Source: Chiloscyllium plagiosum
Lineage: Eukaryota
NCBI RefSeq assembly: GCF_004010195.1
Contig: NC_057719.1
Coordinates: 40,872,969-40,936,968 of the forward strand
Direction: 5' to 3'
DNA: 64,000 bases
The position numbers were made by a program, and so were the translations under genes. A model generated the notes under the pieces. It did no database searches and was not told where the DNA came from. It saw nothing but the letters and a program-made list of their open reading frames with translations. Positions 50,862 to 63,529 of this stretch are shown in pieces. Numbering within the stretch: the first letter of the stretch is position 1; each line of letters starts with the position of its first letter.

Positions 50862-53800
50862 TACGCCTCAAGTTCTTCAGGAGGAGAGAGTTCTTGTGAA
50901 GAAGGCCGGATTCGAAGACCACCTAATTTAAGACCCTTTCACTCAAGAACCACAGCTCTTGATTCAAATCTTCCTGTATTAGGAATACCCAGTGATCCAG
51001 ATTATTCATCAAGCAGTGAGCAATCATGCGATACAGTTATTTATGTTGGTCCTAATGGTGCAGCACTGTCTGATCGAGAGCTAACAGATAATGAGGGACC
51101 ACCAGAGTTTGTCCCCATAATCCCTTCTCTTAACAAGAAGCATGACCCCAAGAAAAGCAAGGAAACTATGATTGTTGGTAAGAGGACTGAAAGAGACTAT
51201 TTCAAATGTAACACTTTTGCTGAACTGCAGGAAAGATTAGAGTGCATTGATGGGAGTGAGGAACCCATCCAGTTTTCCTGTGAGCAAGGACTTTTCATCT
51301 GTAGTAATAATCCAACCCCTATGAGGATGGAGAATGTGCAATGTCTAATATCACACGAAACAGCACAATCTGGCCCGGCAACAGAAAAGGTACCGGTACC
51401 TTCTCACAATCTCTATGGAAAACATTCTCCAATAGAAGTGGTGTCTCCTAAAAAGGGCCAGAGCTTGCATGCTCCGTTACCAGTTCAGCAGCATAATGGA
51501 TCTCCAGTGAAGAGCCCTTCTCACTCGATAACAACTGAACATTCAAAAGTGCAAACCAAAGCTGAAGGAAGCATAATGGAATTAAGTGGTAACACTGGAA
51601 TGGATGGAGTGAAGGAGACAATCACAGCTTCCACAAAAGTGCCCAAATCCAACAGCCCGAAAGCACACAAGCCGGCCCACACTACGCCTGCGCCTGCCGT
51701 GAGGGAAAAGTTGTTTTTCAATAGAAGGCCGTTGCCAAGCCCTGCACCACCACCTCCCCAAACAAAAGATAGAAAAATCGATTGCTCTGAATCTAGTAGT
51801 GGCGGTGTGATAAGAACTCCTCCAGTAGGAATGAGCCATCAGGTAACAAATAAATCGGATTCCATTGTAACTGGAGGTGCTGCTGCACATTGCAAAAGCA
51901 AATACAAACAATCCACTGGATCAGATGCAAATTGTATAAGGTCAGCATTCAGGAATGATTGTATTGACCGAGATATGTTGACTACTACTGTGACTTTGCA
52001 GCAGCCTGTGGAACTGAATGGCGAAGATGAGCTGGTATTTACTGTTGTAGAAGAACTGTCATTTGAAGGGATTTTGGAAAGTGGTCGACCTGCTAGCATT
52101 ATTAGCTTTAATAGTGATTGCTCACTTCAGGCCTTGGCCTCAGGCTCACGGCCTGTCAGCATTATTAGTAGCATAAACGATGACTTTGAAGCTTATACCT
52201 CACCGGCAACCACTGCTGGAGCAAACATGGACAATGTTGTGCCAGTTGCAGATGATTCTTTTTGCAACAGTAGCAGACGATCATCAATTAGTTCCTGGCT
52301 CAGTGAACTAAGCATCTGTGCTATAGAAAGTGATGGGGCTCAACCCTCTGACACTTTCATTGTGCAGTCTTGTTACAGTTATGGTGAGAACACTCTGGGA
52401 TCTTTTAATTTGGACTCATCTGACATGCTGCAAGACATGTGTGCACCACTGATGCAGGCTCAAAACAGTAACTTGACTGATAGCTTCTTCAGAGTAACAG
52501 AAGCTAACAAAAGCACTGGTTCAATCAAACCTGTTGTCAACACCGACAAAGGTTCCAGTGCCTTAGGTTTATCCAAAGTGGTGTCTGGCAAAGTTGTGAT
52601 TGGCAGTAATGATTCATCAGCAACTAAAACCAGCACCCCAGTGCATCGTCATGTCCCCGTAATTTCTGAAGATCCTATTTGCTACTCTAGTCTTCCCCGG
52701 AAAATGAAATCTACCTCATCTGTGAACCATAGCGGTAGCACAGTAGATTGTGGAGATACTCTACAGCAAGAAATCGAGTCTGAGGATCCTTGGTTACAAC
52801 GCACAAGTGGCCACTCAGAGCCAAAAGCTGAGGATCAAGCACTTTCTGTCAAGTTTGCTCCCAAATCTGCTTCTCACAGTCAAATCAAACAGCAAATGAA
52901 AACATCCCATAATACTGGAACTATTCCTCGGCTTAACAAGTCTCATACACCTGCTTCCTGTACACAACGGGTTGTTTATGGATGTGAAATGGTGAATAAA
53001 TCTGATGGATTCAACAATGCCATTGGTGCAAACACAAGAAAAAATGATGCGCCAGCTAAGGTATCACAAGTGAAAAAAGGAAATGCAATGGTTGCTACAA
53101 TGCCAATAATGCACACCAGTGTTAATACTGGAGCTATACCCAAAGACCAACCAGATTTTGCTTCAGTGACAAGCAGCTTAAAATCAGCTTCATGCAAGAA
53201 AACTTCAGTGCCCAAAACAAGCTTGCTACCAAGGCTCAATGGGATACCTCCAGCTCCCCCAGTCCGTAAATCCAGTCTAGAGCAAAGAAACAGAGTTACT
53301 CCACAAACTAATGCTCAAAAATGTACCAGTCCAGAGGTAGTTAATGTATCACCATCAAAATTAGAGGATGAAATAGATGGGAGACTAAATGTTGCTTCTT
53401 GTATTGTTGAAGGTAACAACAGCAGATCAACAAACATAAAGTCTGACCACATGTTTGTTAAAAACATTTCAAGCTCAAAATCCCGAATGCCTAAACCTGA
53501 GTCCGTGCATCGCTGTGGGAGTCTGCAATCACTTGAGAGATGTGATAGTCTTACATCAGTTGGATCCAAACATAGCATGTCTAAGGAAAGTGGCCACCTC
53601 GTCAACAACAGTAGAGCAGGCCGATCAGTACCGAGGCTTGGTGTGTCACCATCAGCTCCAGTAATGTCCACTCCGACCGTTCCTGTCGTCCCTGCTACTG
53701 GGAAATCCAATCAAACCAAAAGTACTTCCACTAATAAGGTGATGGTGTCAGGAAATAAATGCCGAAGCCTTTCTACAAGTGGTGTGAAAGGGTTAAGCAC

Positions 53801-54360
53801 ATCGGTTAAATCATTAACCCAATCAATGGGTCGAAGTTCCAGTGTGCCATCAAATGGAAAAACAATACCTCGTTCAACACAGGTAGCAATGTGCAAACCT
53901 GGTAAAGGAACTATCATGGGAACAAAGCAAGCCGTCAGGGCAGCAAACAGCCGTGTCTCTGAACTAGCTTCTGGGGCGTCCTCCAGTAAAGTGGGCCACT
54001 TGAGAGGATCCACTGACTCTGACAGTGGGAATGACAGTGGGGTCAACCTCAGCGATGAAATATCACAGATTCCAGTCTTGCCTTCTCCATACAGTAAAAT
54101 AACTGCACCAAGGAGACCTCAACGCTACAGCAGCGGGCATGGTAGTGACAACAGCAGTGTTCTTAGTGGAGAGCTGCCTCCAGCCATGGGAAGAACAGCT
54201 CTTTTTTATCATAGTGGTGGCAGCAGTGGCTATGAAAGTATGATACGTGACAGTGAAGCTACAGGGAGTGCATCATCTGCACATGATTCCATGAGTGAAA
54301 GTGGAATGTCTTCATCTGGTCGTAACAGAAGTTCAAAGTCCCCCAAAAAACGGATGGCTG
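50862..54360 (+). CDS. KIF26A: KIF26A giant exon encoding the Ser/Pro-rich tail (YASSSSGGESSCEEGR...SPKKRMA-G)
   Basis: tag acceptor, G|gtaagc donor; 3499 nt of open frame that includes ORF 51168-54386. KIF26 blocks present: DPDYSSSSEQSCDTVIYVGP, FAELQERLECIDG, LQQPVELNGEDELVFT, YSKITAPRRP, HSGGSSGYES. Across the exons, residues such as DNPG, VCSG, GTRF, YLRED, AKHVPY and SDRE recall KIF26A rather than KIF26B. Confidence 0.93.
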
Positions 54361-55254
54361 GTAAGCTAGAAATTTATTTATTATAGTATTTGGCTCCAAT
54401 TTTTGAGAATGAAAATGCAAGAACATTTTTGAGGAGAAATTACATTAAATATTTTTTATTTATTCATGGAATCTGGGCATCAGCACTTATTTTCCATCTC
54501 TAATCACTCTTACAAAGAAAAATGAAAAGTGTAGCTTTTGTGTGAAGGTATATTGCCTGATCATCTTCTGTGTAATATTTACAAGTGTCACTATGTACTA
54601 AGCATGACTCAAGGTGTCTATATAGTGATTTACTTTCTTGGTAACCACAAATGGAACTGATACTAGTTATTCAGCTTCCCCTGAATCTGACTATCAACTA
54701 GACTATCAACTATTCACTAGAAATTGAATTACATAAAGTGAAAACCTTTTGCCAGTTATTTGTAAGCCTCAGTCTATGGCTGCATATTACCCTCTATTCC
54801 CCCCCCCCCCCCAGCGAAGGGGGTCTTGTTAAATCCAATGGATGGCCTGCCCACTATCCACCTGCCCATCCCTGTCCCCACCACAAATGTACCAGTGGCA
54901 GGGGTGACATAGTGTCACCTGCCTAGCAGTGGGCCAATTGAGATCTTTATTTGGGTAATTAATGCCTGTGATGCCTCTGGAATTGAATACACAGTGGGAA
55001 AGTCCAGTGCCATTGCTCAGCCTGGCAGGTTGTTCTGCATATGTTGGTGTCTGGAGGGACATGGAGAAGCTCCCACTTTAATGGATCTCTGAGGGTATTG
55101 GAGGTGCTCTCCTCCTGCCTTTGCCTCCCAATCCCCTATCTTCTCTTTGTGGCCTTTAAACTTGGCATTCAGCAAGGTCCCCATATATTTACCGAAATCC
55201 TGATCCAGGGTTGGATGTGCCTGTTGCTCATTGGCTGGCAGCTGTCTAAGAATG

Positions 55255-55765
55255 TAACGTAAGCAACAAAAGCAGGATTAGTTCAATTGGCTCCTTGAAT
55301 TTGCTCTATCGTAGATGCTCTGAGCATGAGTTTAACTGTATTTTGTTGGTATTCATATGATTCTTGATTCCTTTATAAATCAAAATTCTCACTAACTCAG
55401 CCTTGAGTGTATTTGATGACCCAGCCTCCAGGATTTGCAGTGGCAAGGTAATTCCAAACAGGAATTACCCTTTTCATCTTCAGTAGGAGATCCCTTATTT
55501 TAAAACTGTGTATCCTTAGTTCTTCATGTTTCCTGTACAATGGGAAATACCATCTTGGTACCTACCTTGTCAAAATGCCTCAGAATCTTTTATGTTTCAA
55601 TAAAATGACTTTTCAGTCTTCCAAATTCCAAAGAATGTAGGTATACTTGCTTAACCTTTTCTGGTACAAATAACCTCTCATCCCAGGAATCAGCCTGGTG
55701 AATCTTCCCTGGACTTACAGTGCAAGAATACCCATCATTAAGTAGAGTGACTAAACTGCACAGCT
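55255..55765 (-). mobile_element. Old CR1-type LINE 3' fragment
   Basis: Similar to 4390-4742 and 29745-30285. Confidence 0.6.
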
Positions 55766-57465
55766 ATTGCTGAAGGCTGGAAATCCTGCCTCCAGCCTAT
55801 TGTTACCCATGGGGCAGCCGGTTTTCCCATTCCTGGCTTTCCTTCAGAAATTCCGTGTCTCACAATTCATCCGCATATCACTCCTTGGCACAAATTCTTG
55901 TCAAAGGCATCTGGTTTGGAGTTTTAAGCATGCCAGTATTTTGCCAAGTATCAGCATTCATTTTCATATCTTCACAGTGAGTCTTAGCTGGATAATTAAT
56001 TGTCAACAAGTAGCTATCTCACAAGTGAACTACAAAATCTATAGCTCCGAGAGCAGAAACGTAAAGTATTGTGGATGGGCAAGATCAGAATTTGGTTTGT
56101 TGCTGAGTGACCTCTTGTTGTTAACCCTTATTATGTCCATTGGAAATTTTGATTAAATTGAGGATTAAATATGGCTGCACCTGTTTGAGGGGGAATATTA
56201 TGACTTGGTAATGATAGGTGTGAGGGATACCTATGCATCTTTGGCATTCACTGTTACTAAGACCTTCAGGGCAAATTTACATTTTTTAAGGGGAAATGTT
56301 TTTAGAAACACTTTATGAGTAAATGGCAGCGGCAGAATTTATTTTGTACATTGAGTCAAGACTATACAAGAATGCATGTGGCAGCAAGGCACCAATAAGC
56401 ATTTTGAATGGAGCAGGAACCAGTGTACTGGGTCAGGAATACATCCATGTAGACGGATGGAATTATATGTACCAGGTCACCTCAACACTGCTTATGAGAG
56501 AACCTCATATAGAGTAGATGTGCTATTGTTGTGGTAATAATAGCCACATTTATTTTCCATGATTGTAGGCAACCAATTCTTGAAAGTCTGTGCCTAATTT
56601 ACTGCTAATAGTCACTTGAAATCTCTATCAGAAACCAGTTGATAACCTCATTAATATATTACATAATGAATGCAAAATAAAAGTAACATCATAAACTGAT
56701 ACTAATTATGCAAAGTGGAGTTCAGCAGGAGACAGCAATGGCCATGTTTCACCAAGAGAGTTATTATTCTCATCAATAGTTTACAAACATCAAGATGCTT
56801 TCTTTGGAGCAGTCACTTCAGTACCAATATCCACTGAAAAGTTGGCAACACCGCAACCTTGTCATAAGCGAATCAGTGACCTGAAAAGGCTTGTGAGAAA
56901 AAATTGTTCAAAGGTTGAAAGAACACTGTTGAGGTGCTATGCTCCAGAAGAAATGGAAGAGACACAACAATCTTCAAAATCATTCTAAGGGGAAAGTACC
57001 AATCTTGGAGCACCAGACAATCTGGTGAGTTTTGAATTATTATTTCTCCTACGCAATTGTGTGCATTTATATTTATCAAGAACAATGTTTAATGTTGTTT
57101 CTAAATTTGCAAAAAGAAGTTGCACTTCACCTTTGTTTGAACTATTTCAGTTCAAAGGGTATTTGCGTATAAGTAATGTTTTGTATCTTGTCCCTTTTGT
57201 CTCCACAGAGGAGTTGCTGTTCTTCAATTTATACACTATTTAATGCAAAAGAATTTGTCCTTCCCAGACTCTACCCGACAGCAAGGAATTCATTACTGTG
57301 AAGAAGTCATTGGGACCGAATTTCAGCTATTCACCTGAATGTACTTCAATGAAAATAAAGGTTTTACGGTGGTTATTATAAGGAGCTCATTGGCTGTTAC
57401 AATCTTACAATGCAACAGCAAGTTGCAAATCTAGCCCATTAACCATCAGTCAATTGAAATATATG

Positions 57466-57817
57466 GGGGCAACATGGGGGCTGAGCACTGCTGCCTCATA
57501 GTGGCCAGGGAGCCAAGTTCAATTTCACCTTCTGGTGACTGTGTGAAGTTTGCACATTACACATTCTCCCTTAACCTGCGTGAGTTTCCTCCAGGTGCTC
57601 CAGTTTCTTGCTACAGTCCAAAGATGTGCAGGTTAGGTGAATTGGCCATGCAAAATTACCCATAGTGTCCAGGGATGTGCAGGCTAGGTGGGTTAGCCAT
57701 AGGAAATATAGGATTATAGGGATAGGTTAGAGGTATGTGCCTGAGTCAGATGCTCTTCAGAGGGTCATTGTGGACTGGATGGGCTGAATGGCCTGCTACC
57801 ACACTGTAGAGATTCTG
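57466..57817 (+). mobile_element. HE1/V-SINE-type SINE
   Basis: Head, central domain and tail recognisable. Confidence 0.85.
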
Positions 57818-58383
57818 TTAAATAACTTGCACTGTCTGCTGTGTACCTCACCTGTCAGGAATGTGCTAGTCATGATTTACCAACCATGAAAGGAATAATT
57901 GAAAATCATGTGCAATGTTTGTCACTAAGTTTCCAATATATACTACTGCTCAAAGACTCCTCCTGGAATGGCACTGTTTGAAAACTATTCATCAAGAATA
58001 GGGACTTTTTAAACAATCTTTCATGAAATATGGACCTTGCCAATGAAGCAGCTTTTATTGCCCATCCCCATTCACCCTTGAGAGCACTGAAAGGATACGA
58101 TGTTGCTGTGCTTCTGGAATAAGATAGGCCACACTTGGTAAGGAAAGTGGATTTCTTTCCCTTTTTTTGACAATTGAAAATAATATTATGGTCACTGTTA
58201 CTGAGACTAGACTTTTAATTCTAGACTTAAAGATTGAATTTAAATTCCACTAGCTGCTTTGGTGAGATTTGAACCCATTTCTGGAGCATAGCTTAGGCCT
58301 CCAGACTACTTGCCCAATGACATCCATGATTTGGAGTTGAGTGGGTACATTTTTCAATTCTTTTGGTTCTAACTTTAGAAATT

Positions 58384-58755
58384 GGGTGGCGCAGTGGCAG
58401 AGTGGTTAGCATTGCTACCTCATGGTGCCAGGGACCTGGGTTAAATTCCACCCTTGGGTGACTGTCTGTGTGGAGCTTGCACATTCTCCCTGTGTCTGTG
58501 TGGGTTTCCTCCAGGTGCTCTGGTTTCCTCCAATAGTCCAAAGATGTGCAGGTTGGGTGAATTGTCCATGCTAGATTGCTCCATAGTATCCAGTGATGCA
58601 CAGGATAGGTGGATTAGCCATGGGAAATGCAGGATAACAGACATAAGATGGAGGGGGGAAAAAAGAGAGACTGGGGTGGGATCCTCTTTGGAGGATCGTC
58701 GTGGAGTCAATGGGCTAAATTGCCTGCTTCCACACTATAGGGATTCTACGATTCT
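58384..58755 (+). mobile_element. HE1/V-SINE-type SINE
   Basis: GGGTGGCGCAGTGGCAGAGTGGTTAGCA head, central domain and tail. Confidence 0.88.
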
Positions 58756-61700
58756 TATTATCTGATCCAACACTGATTCAGCTGGACGTGCCCCTGTTCC
58801 TCATGTGAAAAACAGGCAAGTAAGAAGAATTAATTAACCATGTCATGTTCCAGTGTATTAACAGTTTGGCTTTGTCCTTCTCTGCATTGGATAGACTAAA
58901 GATATGACATTACTAAACAAAGACTGTAGCAATTCAGTATCAAAGCTGTAACCCCACACTATTTAGAGAGGATTAAGCACACAAAGTAATTGGATCTTAA
59001 TGAGGTGCTATTTACTTTTTGAACATGTTTATTATTGTAGTCAGTGCTGAGCAGTGCAAGCAGTAACCCAACACCATTTAGAAGAGATTAAGTATCGAAG
59101 GGAATTGCAACTTAATGAGGTGTGAGCTACCCAGTGAACACCTGTTAGTACCCAAATTAGATGGAATACATGACATGTGGCCAGCAGCAACTTAATAATT
59201 AAGTGTAATGAAAATGGTAAAATGGTTAGTGTTTTTGAATGATTTAGATGATTGCTTGGCATAAGGGAATGTTGTGATGCAGTGGCTGTCTGCTTACCTC
59301 TGGAGCAGAAAAACTGAGTTTAAGTTCTGACTGTCCTAGAGTAGGAACAGGAACAGGAACAGGTTGACTAAAAATAATAGATGATTGCCTGATTTGAAGA
59401 TAGCAAGATGAAATGCTGGGGACAGCATATAGCTGCTGAATTGGGCTATTTGTCAAAGAGTGTCATCTAAGGCACACATTGTATATTGCTGTGGTTAATG
59501 TGGAAATATTTAGTTTGGCCAGAGTTAATAGAGCATATGGGTTCTCTTGTTAATCGATTGCTGTAACATTAGTAACCCTCCTCTATATTTGAGGTGCAGT
59601 CACTCAGTTTTTAGAGAAAACTGAAACCTTTCCATGGGACCAGTAAATATTTAAATAGTGGAACACCATTCAATGGACATGACATTCAAAACCCTACCAG
59701 CTAATTTTATTGACATTAAAAATTTGAACACGAAACCATGAGCTGGTTGTTTTTGATATGGGGACAAAATTGTTGCTTTACTTTAAATATTTTTACTGAG
59801 AGACATGATGTACTGGTAGGAATTGCACTTATATTTGAGTCATGTCCATATCATTTATACAGTTGTACAATCTAAAAGTAATGAGGATAACTACAATTAA
59901 ATGTATTCTACTTTTATAATGAGTAATAACTTATTCATTTGTAATATTTTTCTAGCTCTACAATAAAGTAGGCCTATTCTACTCAATTATGCTTCCTGTG
60001 TTTATTTTAAAGTCTCTCTCCACTTTCTATTCATTCTCTAAACTAGTCTTATATGCACACTGAGATTGATTCCTTTAACAGATGTGGAATGAAAACAATT
60101 TCTCAATTCAATTTGGCACAATTTCTCCCAGGCTCTTGAAAATCTTATTTTACTGGTGGAAGATATCTTCCCTGCCACCAATAGAAAAAGTACAGTACCA
60201 CAATCTACATCTATACTATGGATGTGCATCCAGAGCAATACAATTTTGTAACATTTGTCACGTGAAGCATAGAAAAGATGTCTATCAATCACGTGTTTGG
60301 ATGAATGATGGCTGCTCACACTTCATTACATCAGAGTTGCCTGTTTTCAATGCTGCTGCATTTTGAATAATTAGATATCATGGCATCTCAGTGACTGGTG
60401 TTAAATTAAGACTTACTTGAGTGTGACTAAACCATCCAGGTAGATCAGCCACATAATGATTGCCTGGCTAAAGTAATTGATTCCATTTCCCAATAATTAG
60501 CTTAATTGCTCCTTTTCCTCAAGCATCTTTAAAATTTTAACCATTTTGTTAAAGTGATAGATGAAATGTGAATTGAATTTGCCACTGCTAAACAGTACTT
60601 TAAAATTTTAACATTACCTGGTTTAGGTGAGTGTTAGAATTTATCGCCAGGTGCATTATCACTCACATATGCTTCAAAGAATACCACCAACAATTGATCA
60701 GTATGTCATTAAATTTCATCGTGAGTTGCCCCATAGGTCAGGGGAAGTGGAAATAATTAAAAATTCGTTTATTAAAGACTTTTACTGAAATCCACATACC
60801 CATTTATCTTGGATCCCAGACTGCTCTACTGCAGGACTCTGCCATCCTTTCTCTACTCACAATACATCTCAACTGGTCTAAATGTTGCAACATGTCCTGT
60901 TTCCAGTCAGTCAGCAGTTCTTTCTGACTGACTTAGGGGTTGCCATCTGAGAAGACAACTTAATGTTTATGACCTTGTCATTAAACCCTCCATGGTTTTG
61001 CATGTTCATTCTTTTTCCCTCCACAGTCTTGTGCTGCTTGGTTTTTGCAATCTCTTCTAGCCTGTTACCTACTTTTGTCCTCATAAATTCAATACCTTGG
61101 ACTCTGGACTGTTGCACATCCCATACTACGGCCTTCCCCTGCCAACTCTACCTCCTTCAGTCTTTTGTTGACAGCAGAACCTTAATCTTTTCCATCTATC
61201 AAGATTTTCCTTCCTCAACCTCTCTGTTACTATCTTGTCTTTTAAAAACTGTGTCAAACTCCAACTTTTCCATTATTGCATTTAATCACTGCCTTCCTGC
61301 ATCTGTTTTCATTATCACTGTCTTTGAAATCCCTTGTGGCATCCTGCTCACTGACTCTTCCCAACTCAAAACAGCTATGGACAATTATTTTTTCCACAGA
61401 GATGAAGCCAAAGTTTAACCTTACTTTCCACTGTTACCTTTGTTGACGATTGATTCATGAAGCCACCAATCAAAACTGTCACTTTCACTCTTTCAGTGTC
61501 AGTTATGGAATTACGTTCCCATTTTGCTGAGACTGCTGCCATATAAATAGCTGTAGAAGAGGGTGGATGGCTATAATTAGTTCAATCTAATCTGGCAGTT
61601 TCGAATTCCTGGAAATTGAGTTCTGTATGAACCAATTTTAATATCAAAGCACCATCATCAATTTAAATTAATGCAAAAATAAGAAAAAAACCGATGATAA

Positions 61701-62027
61701 TACGGTTTTATAGGTGGGAGGATGGTTAAAACAAAGGAATGTACAACAGGCCATGATGTGCAAACTAGGAGCTGTCACCACCATTAAAAGTCATTTGAGA
61801 AGATGTGTAAAGGTTAAAAGATAAATAGCAAGACAGATGAATTTGGAAAAGGAATTCCAGTAATTAACAACAAAAAGTTGAAAGTCTTATTCTTAATGAG
61901 GGTTGAAACAAGGAAAAATACACAACATGGAACGAGTTCAAGAAGAGATGTTTGGCTTGAGGAAGCCTCAGAGTTTGGGTGACATAAGGTCACAAAAGGG
62001 TTTAAAGACAATAATGAGATCTGTGAA

Positions 62028-62234
62028 AAGTTAAAAGATCACACAACACCAGGTTATAGTCCAACAGGTTTAATTGGAAGCACACTAGCTTTCGGAGCGC
62101 CACTCCTTTATCAGGTGATGAAGGAGCAGCACTCCAAAAGCTAGTGTGCTTCCAATTAAACCTGTTGGACTATAACCTGGTGTTGTGTGATTTTTAACTT
62201 TGTATACCCCAGTCAAACGCCAGCAACCCAAATC
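62028..62234 (+). mobile_element. Fold-back Penelope-like mini-element, family C
   Basis: Near-perfect inverted arms of about 80 bp meet at the hammerhead core (about 62108-62122). Perfect 14-bp TSD atgagatctgtgaa at 62014-62027 and 62235-62248. Confidence 0.88.
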
Positions 62235-63286
62235 ATGAGATCTGTGAAGTCAATGTAGCTCACCAGAGCTGGTAATAATGTGCAAATGTAGTCGCTGCCA
62301 GTCAAGTCCCATTCAGCTGAGTTTGAACAAAATTATTAACACTGAGAAAGGATTGAAGGCAAGCTGACAGGCTTAGATGCAGAAAAAATGGTTTGGTGAG
62401 AATTTAATATGGAGCTGAGATGAGACAATACATTCAAGGACTTGAGGAACAAAGCAAGTTTAAAATTGGGTGGTGTTGAAGAAGATGATGTGACAAGTGG
62501 AGACTTTTTGAGGACAACAGTTTTTAAAAATACAAGAAATGGTATCTGGTCAATGAAGAAGCCAACAATGAGTTAATTATTAATCATGAGTTTCTTCAGT
62601 TGGAATGTAATAAATCCCTTTAGGCTCCACAAACCCAAATTACATATCAAGAGAATCATTGTTGTGAATATCTGTGGAGGTAGTCCTGCTCAATTGCTTA
62701 ATTTTAGTCAAAGATCTATAGCAAGACTGGAAAAGAGAATCTGTGGGTCTTAGTTACAATGGATGAACAGAGAACCATATTGGGAATTCAGCTTCCTGTG
62801 TATCAAAGTCAACTTTTTTTCCCAATTCTTCTGCAGATCTGTTCTCCTGTTCTTTGCTTGCATTAGTGGATTGGTGATGAAGAAGGAATGAGGGAAGACT
62901 GGATTACTGTGATTGAGATCTAGAGGCAGCACATGAAAGGATTTGGAAATAATTTTGCTTTAGCTGTGTTTAAAGTCAATGAATTAAGTGATTAGAGAAT
63001 AAATTAAGGAATTGGGTTTTGTTTATTGTAGGCATATAAATAAGCAGTAATCTGTACTTATCATATGAGAGAGTTACAAATGTAACTAAACATGGGGGAG
63101 ATACAACTGGTGGCTACACAACTGTTATGGCCCAGTGTTCTAGGTAGGGTGGTGCTGGAAAAGCACAGCAGGTCAGCCAGCAGCTGAGGATTAGGAAAGT
63201 TGACTTTTGCTTAGTTGTGAAATAAGGATTGTGGGCAAAAGTAACAATTATTAATCAAGATTAGCAAGAGTCCAGTCACCTAAATA

Positions 63287-63529
63287 ATCACCTAACAGAT
63301 GAAAGGCTTAACAGACAATCAATTTTTCAATGTATAATTTCAGTTACATCACACTGTAAATTTTTGTTATAAATTCTGTGTGTTAGGATTGAGCCCTCCA
63401 CTACCACCTGATGAAGGAGCGACGCTCCGAAAGCTAGTGTGCTTCCAATTAAACCTGTTGGACTATAACCTGGTGTTGTGTGATTTTTAACTTTGTACAC
63501 CCCAGTCCAACACCGGCATCTCCAAATCA
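63287..63529 (+). mobile_element. Penelope-like 3' terminus, family C
   Basis: Shares its 3' ~120 nt with 62116-62234. TSD cacctaaata at 63277-63286 and 63530-63539. Confidence 0.85.
63405..63439 (+). ncRNA. Minimal type I hammerhead ribozyme motif, family C, intact
   Basis: Stem I CAC/GTG; core CTGATGA plus an extra A; stem II GGAGC-gac-GCTCC; GAAA; palindromic AGCT stem III. CUA cleavage triplet ends at 63436. Confidence 0.8.

Noticed and set aside
51521..54046. Antisense ORFs over the giant exon
   Set aside because: Short shadow frames of the coding strand with no independent features.
19294..54360. Calling the gene KIF26B
   Set aside because: Several positions recall KIF26A (DNPG, VCSG, GTRF, YLRED, SHML, AKHVPY, RIHR, SDRE). 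The comparison is from memory, so phylogeny or synteny is still needed.
51168..54386. 1072-aa ORF as a standalone gene
   Set aside because: The frame extends upstream to the acceptor at 50862 and a donor at 54361 precedes the stop, so it is one internal KIF26A exon.
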